From NCBI GenBank assembly GCA_030141605.1, contig JAQGDQ010000016.1:374282-438281 (forward strand): a DNA stretch of 64,000 bases. Reading direction: 5' to 3'. Under the pieces are notes generated by a model. It was not told where the DNA came from. It did not search any database and saw only the letters and a list, made by a program, of their open reading frames with translations. The position numbers were made by a program, and so were the translations under genes. This DNA is from Tubiluchus corallicola. Its lineage: Eukaryota; Animalia; Priapulida. Below are positions 13,946 through 27,745 of the stretch, one piece after another. Positions within the stretch are counted from its first letter, which is position 1. The number at the start of each line of letters is the position of its first letter.

Positions 13946-14645
13946 ATTTTCCTTATTCATCGTGATCAAAATCGTAATTATTATCATCATCATAGTTATA
14001 TTACTATTATTATTATTTTATTATTATTATTATTGTTATTATTATTCATCTATTATTATGTTGTTGTTATTGTTATTCCAGCGCTCGTGTAGCATCTGTA
14101 GTTTAATGTCACTTAAACATAAGTGCAAACGTTAAAAGTAAATCACGAAAAGAGCTCTTAAAGTAACTACCATTGTAGATCTATATTTTAAAACACTGCA
14201 CAACGAGATTAAAAGGAAAAACACGACAAAAATATATGTATAAATTTAGAGATTCACAGACACTGTGTTGGTTACACTACAGAAGAGCATATAGACTCTT
14301 GTCAGTACAGAAATCTTCTGCGTAAAGACCCGAAAGCGCTATTTACACAGTACAAGTATCTAACCTTGATTAAGTTTCTATACTGAAAAAATGGCAAAAT
14401 GAATTATCAAGAAATAACTAATTAACTAATAACTCAATGTTTTAGATTTTGGATAAACATAAAGGAGGCTTTTCTTTCCGTGTTCATCCGATCCCAATAC
14501 CAAAATCTTTGCTTATTAGAGAGAAGACATCCAGACCTAGTTGATGGCCTTGTCCGTACTAATAATGATAATAATCGCTGGGCTAGACCTAATTCTAATA
14601 TGGATACGGACTTAAATGCAGCAGCCCATTGTGTGTTTATTGTTG

Positions 14646-15589
14646 CTAGCTGTCATAAGGTAAATCTAAACTATAACCAAACATGATAAAATCGAGTTTA
14701 TAAGCTCGCTGAACTTGTTCTATAAGTTCTTGAGGTATTTCACTATAATACTGATTTAGTAGTTTTTTGGTTCTCTTATTGTGGTAATCCACGTCACGTG
14801 GCGGGAATCTCACAGAATGCTGCGCATGCGTAAATGCCTGTATGATGTAATTTGCCTCTTCGTCCAAATGTTCATATTTTCCAACAAAGGCGTAATTTAT
14901 TTCGCAGGGATTACAAAGATCCGCATACCTACTCCAATGCACGTCTCTCCTTTCTGGCGGCTGGTTCACAGCATGAATTAGGAACTGCTTGAAGGTTAAA
15001 AATGTTGAATTGTCTACCGATTTGTTGGCGTATTTTGCTGCAAGTTTATGAGACACGCGTCTGTACACAGAACTGTTACTCTCTGGTGATAGTTTACTAA
15101 TGTATGCCGATAGGAGGCGCTCGTACGGGTTGCGTACAAAGAAAAATTTTGTGTAATTTTTAAGTACAATTACTTGACTGCCTGGAGTGAAAAGTCTCAG
15201 TCTTCCTAAATTTTTCTCGGCAATACGAGTGGCATGGGGGCCTGGTAGATGTTTTATCAAAAACTCGCTCTCTTTTTCGTTGATTCTCTCCAGATGCAAC
15301 TGATTTAGCAAAATGAGTGCTTTCTTCCAACTCGTTGAACCCACTTTTGGCACAGAGCAGAAACCGATTTCATTTATATCGTCTACAAACAACTGTCGTC
15401 TCCACTTTTCAGTCAGACCGCCTCCGAAAGTTTTATTGGTTTTCCAGTTCCAAAGTTGACATAACGTCTGCAGACGCCTCCGGCGGCTGAGCATGATGTC
15501 ATTCTTGTCCGATATTTCGTCCTTGTAATTTTCTCTGTTATTGTGCGGCTTGTACTTCTGACGCGGAAGTAACGACTGATCTGTAATAC
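14646..15589 (-). CDS. Carbohydrate sulfotransferase (CHST8-14 / HNK-1ST / chondroitin 4-O-sulfotransferase family, Sulfotransfer_2), catalytic exon (coding exon 2)
   Basis: Contains the 5'-PSB motif FCSVPKVGSTSWK, the 3'-PB motif KFFFVRNPYERLLSAY, HW...LCNPC.INY.FVGKYE and the terminal Y.LDF.MFGY. The frame stays open upstream of Met 15494 to the phase-1 acceptor tcttttaacag|GT at 15590/15589. Confidence 0.95.
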
Positions 15590-16709
15590 CTGTTAAAAGA
15601 CATATTATTCAAGTTAACCATAATGACAGCTTGTGCAATTTACTGTGTTACCGGTTTTACAGTAGCGAATGTACCAGTATTTATAGTCGGCATTCGTGAT
15701 TTTCAAGAATACGATCTGGGGTTTTTTAAGATTGATTTAGTTCACAATCACGTGTTCCCTTTTTGTTTGTAAGAGAACTGGTAACGTTCCCCTCATGCAC
15801 CCAAAAACTATGGCAGGATAAAGTCGCGTGCTGGTTTGCGGAAGTTTTTAGAGACTGCAGCCTGTCTTTGGAAATAATGCCTGTGTTCTTTTAAGCAGGC
15901 GGAATTGACAAAGCCGCTGAACCGCTTAAAATCTAGCGCTCTTCTTGGAACAATCATACAAAATAATTTACCTTATTTTACAAAATACGCTACCTCCGCA
16001 AAATCACATTTTTTATAACATTGGACGTCCTTTTATCCTCGGTATATAAACTAAACAGAAGTTACCAACTAATTGTAAAATGAAGTCAGATTTTTATTAG
16101 GGAAAAATCTTTGTTTTAAGGTGAGCACATTTGCATAAATAATTGGCTCATTTTATAGCCTTTTATAATCTTAAAGGTTAAGCGTACCTAAGAGAAATAA
16201 CTGATGTTCAATGAACCATTGACTAAACTTGTGAGAATACTAGTATGCTATGACAACAAACAGTATTGCGGGGCTTGGGGTATACAAATGCCTTTCAACC
16301 AATAATTTGACCTGATATAATCGGTGGCTGATTGAAAGGCCTTATTAACAAAATGGCTGCTATTATTATTAGGAGATGAAATCGAAGGTTATGACAGCTA
16401 TTGAAAACCAGTCAACTTTTCGTGAGATTGTTGCATTCGATTTTAGATACTGAACTGACTAACTGAATAAACATAACATACGGTTCTTGAATAATGAACA
16501 AATATATTATAATCTAACGACTGACTAATCGAAGGAGGAAGGCACTGAAGAATTATGAGTCCAAGCTTTCGAAAGCAGAACCTTTTCTGTGTCTATAACC
16601 CTTTGAATCTAATCTAATGTTAATTCTCTTAGTATATGTACATAAAGTAGGTAGGTAGTAGTGTAGGTAGGTGAGAGTTTGCTGTAGGACTTATACTGCT
16701 TAAAGTATT

Positions 16710-16820
16710 CAGTGTCCAAATGCCGCTGTCCAAGTGTACATGGTCCAACTGTCCACTGCCTAAATGTCCACAACCAAGAGCTACTGCCCAAATGTCCCTT
16801 GCCAAGTGACCTAGACCCAA
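16710..16820. repeat. Degenerate array of about 15-bp units (GTCCAAATGTCCACT-like) ending in TAGACCC, intronic; a second short array (GGTAAAAATGGCACC-like) lies at about 16915-16962
   Basis: Recurrent units are visible. The architecture resembles subterminal arrays of non-autonomous DNA or rolling-circle elements (inference). Confidence 0.5.
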
Positions 16821-17471
16821 CACTGCAAGAAAAACGGAGTGGCAAAAGCTAACGAGAAACTGTTTGCGACAAAATTATAGACGGAAGATTCTGCTATAGT
16901 GTTCGAACGGTACACGGTAAAACTATCACTGGTAAAATGGCACCGGTAAAAATGGCATGGTAATTTATTGTAAATGAAAATTTTGACGAAACTTTAATAA
17001 TTTCGCACATAACAAGGTAGCAGACTCGGTGACATCATGCTTTTTTAATCGATAACAAAACGTACACAGAAAAAAGTGAGCATTCCAATAATTTAATAGT
17101 TAATGCGGCCGATTCTGGGAGCATTTCTTGTCCATGTAAACGATTTGTTCGCACTCTCGAAAGACCCATACTTTCTACCTATCCAGGGATTTATCCATGA
17201 TTTTTTTCTCAAAATCATTTTTCCATAACTGATTACTTTTTAAACAGAAAATCGATTCACTCAGTTTTTCAAAATTTATCCAACTAATACGGCCAAGAAA
17301 AACGATTCAAAAGAAATATTCATTCAACATTACCTATAATATTTTATCTACGTTTAAATTCGGATTAGTATTCACTTTGAAATTTTTAAGATCTATTTAA
17401 GATGGGTTCTTTGAAGACTAAGACTGTTTGGGCTTCTTTTATTTTTCTTACAAAATTTTAGTAAACTGTAC

Positions 17472-17652
17472 CTTCGCTGTATCTGGGCCATGAGCCCAAA
17501 TGAGCAAGCCAGGCTGAAATCATGAATATAAAAAGCGCCACTGTAGCTAAGCAACGCCTTCTACTGAAGAGCGACGCAATTAATTGTTCCAATACCACTT
17601 TAAATTTGCACTGTAATTTGGATCCAATTTTAATAACCATTATCCAATACAT
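17472..17652 (-). CDS. Carbohydrate sulfotransferase coding exon 1 (cytoplasmic tail and type II transmembrane anchor)
   Basis: Encodes MYWIMVIKIG...SRRRCLATVALFIFMISAWLAHLGSWPRYSE: a basic cluster followed by a hydrophobic helix. The donor GAAG|gtacagt at 17472/17471 is phase 1 and matches the acceptor at 15589. The joined CDS is 1125 nt (374 aa). Confidence 0.85.
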
Positions 17653-18896
17653 TTTCTTTTACTTTCTCTGAAAAAGTTCTTTAATGTTTTTCATGAAAGA
17701 AATTTGCAGTTATTGCGTAAATTAAGTCAAGCCATTTCTCAGTGGCAAAATTCACATGGTGCACGTAATCGTTTATCAACACCACAAATTCGTTCTGTTG
17801 AATTTGATTAAGCCATTGTTTTTTGCTAAATTTCGAGCGTTTTAGTATCACCAAAAATCTGTCATATAAACTATGCACTGTACTAGTACCAGTTTCGTTT
17901 TTCTCAACTAAATTTCACATTTTTTACACACCATAACGAATTATGGCTCAATTTTACATGCACACCTGAACAACGCGGAAACGATATTAGAACTGCTACT
18001 GCCATAGCCTGTAATAGTTGCCACAATTAACTTGTTGCCTGAGCCTAATCCGATTTGTAACTGATCATTCCGGCTCACGGGCATAAACACGACAATAATA
18101 CTTAAAGGAAATTATGCTGACGGTTGTTACAGTCACTAGGCTGTGGACAGTAATTTCGAATGGCATGTGGAAAATTGCATTAGGTACTGTTTATTTTTGT
18201 TTTGTGAGAGACGAAAATGCAGTTAAATACCTTATTAGCAATGTAAAATTCATAAACCTACGTTTCTGAAACATTGATTTTTAGTTGCAATTAATAGTGT
18301 ACAATTGACATAGCACTAACAGTATGCGATTAATAGTAATTGAGATACAAGTATTATGTTTTTATGTGTGTATATGTTGGAGTGCAAAAAGGGCTGTTGT
18401 TTTAACATACGTCACTCTTTATTATAATGAGGAGTAAAAATAACATTGATCTATATAGTACGACCTATTTTTCGTAAAGTTTTCTGTCTGGCATTAGCTA
18501 ATGTATGATATTAGACCATTTTACCATATATTGTTAATGTAATAGCGGTCAAAGATACTGGTAATAATTATTGATTTCCTTATTTATAAATAAATTAATT
18601 GTAAAAGATTAATTTTCGATCACTATTACACGTAATATAATGTAATAGATGAGAAACAAGCGTGTTCTCGAAACGGTTTTTAAATAAAAATATTACAGAA
18701 TTTTTCTAAAAATTGACAGATTCGTCACATAATTTTTTTAAATTATGTTGTTCGCGAATTTGTCATGCTGACTAGTGACGTTGGTTTGTAAGATCGCGAT
18801 TCGTTTATTTAATTTCTAAATACACTAAAACGGAACTAAGCGCCGTTAGTATTGAGCCGTTGAGTTTATTGAATTACTTAATTTATCGATAGACTA

Positions 18897-19138
18897 GTAA
18901 TCGTAATCGTAATCGTCATCGTCATCGTCATCGTAATCGTAATCGTAATCGTAATCGTAATCGTAATCGTAATCGTAATCGTAATCGTAATCGTAATCGT
19001 AATCGTAATCGTAACCGTAACCGTAACCGTAACCGTAACCGTAACCGTAACCGTAACAGTAACAGTAACAGTAACAGTAACAGTAACAGTAACAGTAACA
19101 GTAATAGTAATAGTAATAGTTGTAGTAATAGTAATAGT
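18897..19138. repeat. Compound hexanucleotide microsatellite GTAATC/GTCATC/GTAACC/GTAACA/GTAATA
   Basis: Directly visible as in-phase blocks. Confidence 0.97.
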
Positions 19139-22100
19139 TAATTTATTTAGCTTCATAAACTTAATACAGTAGTTAAGATATTAGTGCATATATTAAACAG
19201 ATAAATTCGAGCAGAGGTGACGAAGGACCATGCGGTCACCCAGTCAGTTACTTTCAATTAGATGTTAGTACAAAATTAGCATTATGCAATTAATCAAAGT
19301 CATAATTACCATTAATTCAATAAAAAAGCAAACATGTCTATACACATAAATTACCTACTAGGTAGCTCATCTTTCCTTGAAACTGTTTTCTCCATCTTCT
19401 CTTTTGAAGAAAGTTCTATCTACAATAAAAGCCCATTTAAAGAGTTGGAAATTTTTAAAATTCTCTTTGATCGTTTTTTTAACCTGAGTTTTAAGTATAT
19501 GTAAATTTTATTTCAAATTGTACACGTTTTGTAGTGAATGGTTCTTATTTGTTTTTGCAAATGTCAATTAAATTGGTTGTCACCAAAGTTAAACAATGTG
19601 CACAGTTTTATTGTAACATGTCATAAACATTAAATATTTAGAAGACGAAAAGCTCTGAAGATTGTGAGTCTATCAGGACTTTATAGTATCAACCCACATA
19701 CTTTGTCCATTATTTTGAGATATCAACCAACATGACTACATCATGTTTGAACTTTGAATTCTCATACTAGTCAGCATGTAATCGGTCAGAGCCACCTATC
19801 TATAACAAAGAAAAACAAAGAATTTCACCTACTGCAGTCGTTAAGATCGCTACACCCTTGACCCTACCTTAACTTCTCGTGTAATCATTATCCATCATAA
19901 ATAAAATATTGTGCATTTGGTGTTTTAATAACAAACCATGACATTTACGGTTCTACTATGAAACTCATCTTGCCCCACTAATACTAGCTAATTAAATACC
20001 ATAAAATGTACTTTTTAAATTAAGTGTCACGCAATGTTGTTGCTAGATGGCAGCACATGCGAGCTTTGAAACCCTACAACTACGTAGTTCAGTGCTACAA
20101 TCAAAATGCTCCTACTTCTTCAGCGCATCTGGAACTGAGAAATAAGATGAGTTTAGTGTCACCCCCAACCAATCCGTTTATTTTTTTATTATTTACACTT
20201 TACTTTTTGCAATAACGCATTTACCTCCAAAAGTGTATGATTTTTAAACTTTCATTGACCGAATATCTTAATATTGCGCGATGATTCACAATTATTCTGA
20301 TAGCAAATAAAGATAATACTATTTTACTATCAATCAAACACAGGCTGACCACCGCATGTAAGATTTCCAGAAATTTTAACACGCATCTATATTGCAGCTT
20401 TATACGTTTACTGGCAGACGGAGCTAGGCGAAAAGTTGAAAGCAGGGTATCCAGACGGAATAAAGAAGCTGCTCAGCAAGCTGGCGCAGTTAAAAAGCCC
20501 TTTCACATACTGGAGAAAATGATAGTGTATTGGCCACGGAAATTTTTAACACTTTAATTAAACTTTGCTAAGGTGTGGTGATAAGCAGTGTGTATATATG
20601 TCTATAATTTTTACTGTTATTAATAAATTAAGTGTAATATTTTTGCAGATAACATGGTTTAAGCTTTACGTCAGTTCGAGAAACACGTGGCGCAACAGGA
20701 GGTATTATATTCTCACCTCAGTTAATGTACGACTTCATCCTACATCTAGACAAACCAGATTATTACAAAACCGCGTACTTGAACATTCACCGAAAGCAAT
20801 CATTTGGCACAAAAACACCGTAACCAATTAAAAATATAGTTGACTTGAATTTCAAATCTATTCTGTAACACTAACGCTTTTCAATTCTAGATCAGTTAAA
20901 TCAATACAATTCTCTTACTGGACATAAACTTTACCAGCTTTACCAGCAGTGACTGTTTCTTTAATTTCCTCCATTTTTTGCATTTTTAGTTGCTTCTGAA
21001 AAGCTCAGTGTTGAGCCGCTCAAGATTTTAATTCTTTTTTGCCCAACTCTTGCTGACGTAGTAGTGCTTACTGCTTCAGAAGACATAGTCCTTTCTTGAT
21101 TTCCGCTTTAATCCGTTTAGCAATTCCTGAAGTTGCCTTAATTGTCTTCAATTTTGTCCTTTGAATTTGGTGGACCTGCTAGATAAGTTGAGAATGATAA
21201 TAACGCCGTGGCCATTGCAATGTTTTGCCAGTTCCAGTGTTAGTGGGAAGAGTAAGAAAGTACTAAATTTCGTGCTTGCTGAATAACATTTCACTTTATT
21301 TTCGATTATGCCCTAAATGAACTTGCTTGGGCATTGCTGTTCAATGCTCGCGCACTACTGATTGCAGTTATGATTTCAGTTTATTTCCCATTACACGTAT
21401 GGACAAAATGTATGGGCAGCCTTTGATTGCGTGAAATTAATATCACATCAGCTGTCTTGCGTGATATAAAGTTTTGAGGTCATGCAAGGTCAACGGCGAT
21501 GTTGTCACCCCTTATTTTAAAGTTTAGTTTAATATGAATGAATGAATGAATAAATAAATAAATAAACAGGTAAACAAATAAACAGATAAGCAAGCAAATA
21601 AGTACATAAGTAAATGGTTGAAAACTTATTAAAGTTATTAAAGTTCACAAATAAGAATTTTTGTGAAGGGAAATAATCTAACGTGATGTCGGCACGAGAT
21701 GTAAGTAAGACTTGTTGCAAATTTGTGTACCTCGCGTTACTTAATATTTTTTTTATCGTAATAAATTCAGCGAGGTTGCAGATATACGAATATACGAGCA
21801 AAGACTTCTTAGTGGAAAGACATTGGAAGAATGGACTGACGACAACATCGAACACTCGCACACACTGAAAAACTTGCTATTTCTTTTAACAATAATCAAT
21901 TTATAGTCTGTCTGCTCAATATGATTAAACAATTATGTGTATTCGAAGGGAGGCATTTTTGAACAAATAAAACAAAGCTCTTAATATAATCTTTTTATCG
22001 CCTCAAGATACAGCCTAATACACGAAAAGCAGATTAGGGTTATGGCACACGACAGTGACTTTTACTGCGTGGCAATATTATTGACTTTTGTCGATAATAT

Positions 22101-23164
22101 TTTAGGTTTTGTTTTCTCTGCTATTAAGATTTCCCTCCAAAACCTCGAGTTATTTTGCGAAGCCACATCAAGATTATTGCGGCTTGAGTGCGCAAAATCT
22201 GTTTGAAGTCAGCGGGATTCAAGCACATCTATCCGACTCTGCAGACGTCTCGTTAGTCTGCATGGTTTGTGATTTCAATTTGCGCTCTCGTTATAAACTG
22301 TTGCCGGAAAATATTTGAAATGATTTAAAGCTACTATGCGCAACTATGCAACATTTAGAAACTGATTTAAAGTTGAAGTTCAATAGAATAAATCGCGAAG
22401 CAATTACACTGCGATACAAATCGATCAGTCTGTTACTCATGTAGGACTTTACCCGGTGCTATTCAAGGTTCAAACCTGGTGACAATTTTGTGTAATTGTC
22501 GTGAAAGTGCCGCCAAGTGAGTGATAATCCAAAATTCCAGATACACTTTACTCAAGTGATATATATGTTAGGCTCAATGGTTACATGACAGATTATAATT
22601 TTACTTGCAAATCAATAACTACATACTTTTACTAAATAGTGAAAGATTTGTATTGTATTGAAGGTAATGTGGCTCAAATTATTTTTCCAAATAGATGTAT
22701 GCTCTTTGATTTTGAAAACGTGAAAGTTACGATTTTAATGCTGAAGAAAAAACTTATTTAATGCGTGACTGTAGGTATCAGATTGCAAGTTAAATTATTG
22801 GCCTGTACGTTTTCAATACTATTCTTTTAATTTATGCACACATTCATATTTTACAGGGTAAGTGATATATATGCAACATAATATTATATATTTCCCATAT
22901 TATGTAGATTTAGCGTCATTGCCGTCATTGCCGTCATTGCCATTAATACTTTACAAAATGCAAATAGATGAAAATGTATAATGAAATTTGCAGAAAGTGA
23001 GTGTGTACACGCGCGCGCACGCGCGCGTGTGTATATATATATATGTGTGTGTGTGTGAGTGAGTGAGTGAATTAGTAAGTAAGTAATTAAATAAGCGATT
23101 GAATTAGTGAGCGAGTGAGTCAGTGAGTGAATAAGTGAGTAACTAAGTTGCACGTAAGTAACAG

Positions 23165-23600
23165 TTTATTTCAGAACAAATCCATATTACAAATATCATA
23201 ACAACAAAAACGTACACGAGCAATGCAAACACGCAAAAATTACGTAACATTAATTTAAATCAGTTAGTAGTACTCAAATTAAAAAGTAAATTTCGCCAAT
23301 AATGTGCTGCTGCGCTCTTTACAAATGTTAGAAATAAACACACAACCACTATTTACAATATTATGCACTAATATAAGCGTAATATTCATAACTCTTCTTG
23401 TGGACAATGTCAATTTACCAACGTATATTTGAATATAGGGCTGATCAAAAGTAACGCATAGGTCCGTCTGAGAGAGGAAATGACAAACAACTTATGGTAT
23501 GCAACTTTTACGACAGTGACGATGCAGGTTGTAACTTTGCTTCAAGGACGAATGACAACAACGACATTATAGATAGAATTTGCCATAACTATGCAATAAG
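23165..23600 (-). mobile_element. Possible degenerate CR1-type LINE 3' end
   Basis: Minus strand gives TLSTRRVMNITLILVHNIVN (cf. CR1 L..RR...DL...Y.I.N), followed downstream by AATAAA and a (TCAC)n-like tail at about 23055-23160. Confidence 0.35.
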
Positions 23601-24275
23601 CATACGCATGAGGAAATGGCTCAAGTTACTCATAAATACTTTTTAATATGCAATGCTAGCTGCTGCACTCTGTAAAGTAAAACTTCCTATTTAGGTGAAA
23701 AACTCATTTTCCTTTAAAAGCGTCACAAATTTACACTCCCGCGGAGTCGCTAATTATGACGTGACATTTACGAATAATTGAAAAAGAATTTGCGCACTTC
23801 CGACGGCGTGGTTTATTTGATCACAAGTTGAAAGGTGTGTTGCTGACATACTATCTCTCTTGCTCATAAGACATTTTGAAACTAGACAACAACAAATTCG
23901 AAGATAAAAACATCAAAGAACCATGGCAGGAAAAGACTCAATTTTTAGCTACAAAACACCAGCAATTATAATAGTCGTGCACAAAGCTGTCGCAGTATTG
24001 TGATATTGGGTTATAGTATCTACCAAGTGCATGTTACAGGAATAGGTACTAAAGAATATGTGCTTGATTGTACGACAAAGGCTTATAAATGCAATCGTAC
24101 TATATTTTAGTACATTAAATTGCTTAAATTGTTTGCCAACATGCTCAGTTAAAAAGGTCTATTACGTTTTTTCATGTTCAGTTCATAATTCTTTCATAAT
24201 TCATGTCGTTATGTAGCACTGCGTACCTAAAATAAGCAGTCATAATTGGCAGCAAGTAAGCAAGGATATGTACTT

Positions 24276-24487
24276 TTATATCAGTTGCTAATACATTTAT
24301 GCAGTCTAAAATGTTTCCTATTGACCTATGTTGACTTTAAAGCTGCGCGTCGGCGGCCATTTTGAATGACCATGACCTTGAATGACCTTGAAACACCTAG
24401 TATTTATGGACTATATTCAGTTTATATCAGCTGGTTATACATTTACGCAGTCTAAAATGCTTCCTGATTCCATTTTGACTTTAAGCT
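24276..24487. repeat. Two diverged direct copies (about 67 bp, about 145 bp period) flanking GGCGGCCATTTTGAA and TGACCTTGAA motifs; probable non-autonomous element or satellite monomer
   Basis: tttatatcagttgctaatacatttatgcagtctaaaatgtttcct versus tttatatcagctggttatacatttacgcagtctaaaatgcttcct. Confidence 0.65.
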
Positions 24488-24789
24488 ACATTTAATGCCT
24501 CACACAGCTACTTTCAGCAAAGTGGATTCCAGGGGATTTTGAATATATATATATATTATTCTGAACTCCTTCTGGGTCTCTGCGTAAAAAAATCGGCTTT
24601 TCTCTGTTTTTGTTCGGGTCTTACATTTTTTTGCAAATTTTACAGGTATTTTAAATATTTTGTCATCATATTTTGTTATGTGTTAGTGAAACGAATAAAT
24701 TATTAATTATTATTATTAAGGTTGCTAAAAGTTTTTTAAGTATTTTGTTTATGATTTTTAGTTGCGAATGTGTGAGCACTCTAATACTG

Positions 24790-25070
24790 TTATGACGAAG
24801 TTTTCTGATGCAAAAGTTTTGTTTAATTAAACGTTCGCCTGGCAGAACACGCCCTATTGTGGAATATTGTACCCCAGTATGGTGTCCTCACTTAATGATG
24901 ATAATGACATTATAGAAAATGTGCAAGGATATTTCTCTAGAAGATTGTACGCTAGGTACTGATTTACTGATGTATCTTACTCTAACAGACTCGATTTTTA
25001 GATTTGAATATGTTGTGACTAGAAAATAATTCATTATGTCCTAAAAGTATGTTACAATATTATTCATATT
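24790..25070 (+). mobile_element. CR1-type LINE ORF2 C-terminal remnant
   Basis: RPIVEYCTPVWCPHL / DNDIIENVQGYFSRRLY / SYSNRL match the CR1 consensus RP.LEY.SPVW.P....I..IE.VQ..FTRRL...SY..RL; frameshifted. Confidence 0.8.
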
Positions 25071-27559
25071 ATTCATATGTTGCAATATTATTCAGGAAAA
25101 ATGGCATAGACAGAAATTGTTATTAATTGTTAATTGTTATTAATATCAGACTTTATGTTCGAAATCATAGTGAAAATAAGTCCAACATTGCCATTACACC
25201 TTCCACAGAGCATACTTTTTAGAATGTTTTAGAAACGCTTCTAAGTTTTTATTACAAGAATAGAAAACTTTTCTAAAAGTTTTTATTACAAGTATAAATC
25301 GAGAAGCCTTCTTGTGTATCCACATATACTACACTAACTCTATATTTTACAAGCATTTGCAAAATTACTGCGAACTCTTGCATTAACACAGCGAGGTTTT
25401 GAGCATATCATTAAAATATTTCGCCTCTCTTGTTCACAGCTCAAGTGCAGGGTCGATTCCCGTGCATTTATTTTCTCCACTGGCAAAAATCTCATTTTCT
25501 GATTTGCTCTTCACGAGGAAATAATAGCCAAATTTATATGTAAGAACACTTTGAAAAGCATTGCAAATACTTGCTTGGCTTTTAACGAGTCAATAATGCT
25601 CTTACAATGAGCAATCAGATTATAGTTTGCAGAAAATATTGCAAATGACATTGATTATGAGTTGAGCGAGGTTTTACTCAGGCGAAATTGCAAAGCGGTT
25701 AAAACGGAAATACGCCGCGAATAATGTTAGTTCTAATGAGCCAGGTTTAATATGTGTGGTTCACAAGTAAGCAAATGCACCAAATGAGTGACAGCTCCTT
25801 GACTACCTGATTAACTGACGGATCGGTCAACGGCTCGTGTTAAAATCTTGCATGATTTTATGCGCAGCGTTTGGTCACTGTAACACACAACACAGCAAGA
25901 CAAATGCAAAAATTTAAAAGTTATTCTCGTAGAGATTTGTTATTTTGGTTTAATATTTTATTTAAAACTTCACGAAGCTTATATACACATCACAAATTAA
26001 TACAAATAATACAATAAATTATGGCTCAAAATAATAACACAAATAACAATTAACGATATAACAAACTACACCAATGACGTCTAATTACAGAAGTAAAGTT
26101 TACATCACTGTTTAAACTGCTCTTACCTATAAAATTTTCACTCTTATTCAGCCTGACGTATAAACTGATGCACATTTTCTGTGAATCGCATCAAAATAAA
26201 TAAGATTAAGCCTAGTAGAAATATATCTGGCGCTCGTATCATTGTCGTACCCGTTAATTCAAACCTATAAAAAGATTGCAAGGGTGGCTCCCTCTATAGC
26301 TAGAAACAAGAGATAACGGATTAGCTTTCTCTGTGAAAGTAACTGACTGTCCCTTATGTGAGTAGAAGTTGTATAAAAAATTATTACTAATATCTTTATA
26401 CTTGACTACATATAGATGTTAATTCTCGATTGCGTTGTGTTTTTATATGTTAAACTCAGGACTTTAAAATTCTAACAGTGCAACCGATTCAGTCAGAGAC
26501 TGAATACTGAAGGTACGCAACAAGAGGTTCTGTTCTGACAAAAGAAAATTCATTATTTATTAAACTCTTTTAACAGACAGTTGGTATATCTTATATAAAC
26601 TTACTACAAACATGACAATTATTGTAAAATGTAAAGAATGTAATGTAAATTATGTAAATAAAGTTTGTTTAAAAAATATTCCAGTTAATCCCATCTAGCA
26701 CAATGTGTGCGAAACTCATAGCACATTTTGAAAAATACATTTTCGATATGTTCTTTAACTAGATCTCTTGAGTACTTTGACTTACCCTGTTCATACGGAG
26801 CAGATATACAAAGCCATTCCCTTTATTAATTAAAAAATGAAAGTACAAATATATTGATTCTATTTCTCTCAGTTTAGTATAATCTTTACTCGTTATCTTT
26901 AAGTAATTCAGAAAAATCAAAATGCGCTTTAGACATGGCGCTTTTCCTTGAAGTTGAGTTTCGTCTCTGCATTTCAATGTATGATCAGTATTTGGCAGAC
27001 ATCAAGTTCTAAAATCTCGTGCAGCGTCCTGCACGGTTGTCATAACTAAGCATAATACATTCAAAATGCATACTCATAGAAAAACATAGAATTATAATCA
27101 AAACAGTAATATTAGGATTCACTAAAGCAATATATAATCAATATCTAAACTTGTCATTACATGTAAACAACCTAGTCACTGTTACATTGACAATAATGCA
27201 TAATAATAATGATAGCAGAAATACTAATCTTTCAATAGAAAGAAAAACATGATATACCAAATACTATCACAACTAAGCAAATCTTAACACTAGCATAACA
27301 CTCAGTTATCCTACAACTCTCGAGCAACTCTCTCCAGTCTTCCACACCGAACTCTCCTCTCCAGAAACTTCCTGATCAATCGAGTTTGATAGCTTATCGC
27401 CGAAATTTCGCGGTCAAGTCACCCGTGGTCGCTTGACTTAATATAAGAGGCCTAACACCGCCTTAGACAATGGGTCTACGGGGGTGTAGCTGGCGTTTTG
27501 GGTGCCGCAACCTATTATTTATCATATACCGACAGTGGTTTATTATTCCTATGGGCATA

Positions 27560-27745
27560 CACATACAATATGTTATGTTTATTAGTGAAGTTTATCAAGC
27601 GTCTATACATTAGCTTTTCAATGATCTTAGACAGTATTGGCAAAACTGAAACTGGTCGGTAGTTAACAAATAGGTTACGTTCTTGGTTTTTGTAAATTGG
27701 TGTTACTTTAGCTATTTTTAGTTCTTTAGGTAAAACTATGAAAAA
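27560..27745 (-). mobile_element. L2/Crack-type LINE RT-domain fragment
   Basis: PKELKIAKVTPIYKNQERNLFVNYRPVSVLPILSKIIEKLMYRRLINFTNKHNILY is the canonical N-terminal RT region (NYRPIS.L...SK..EK). Confidence 0.9.
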
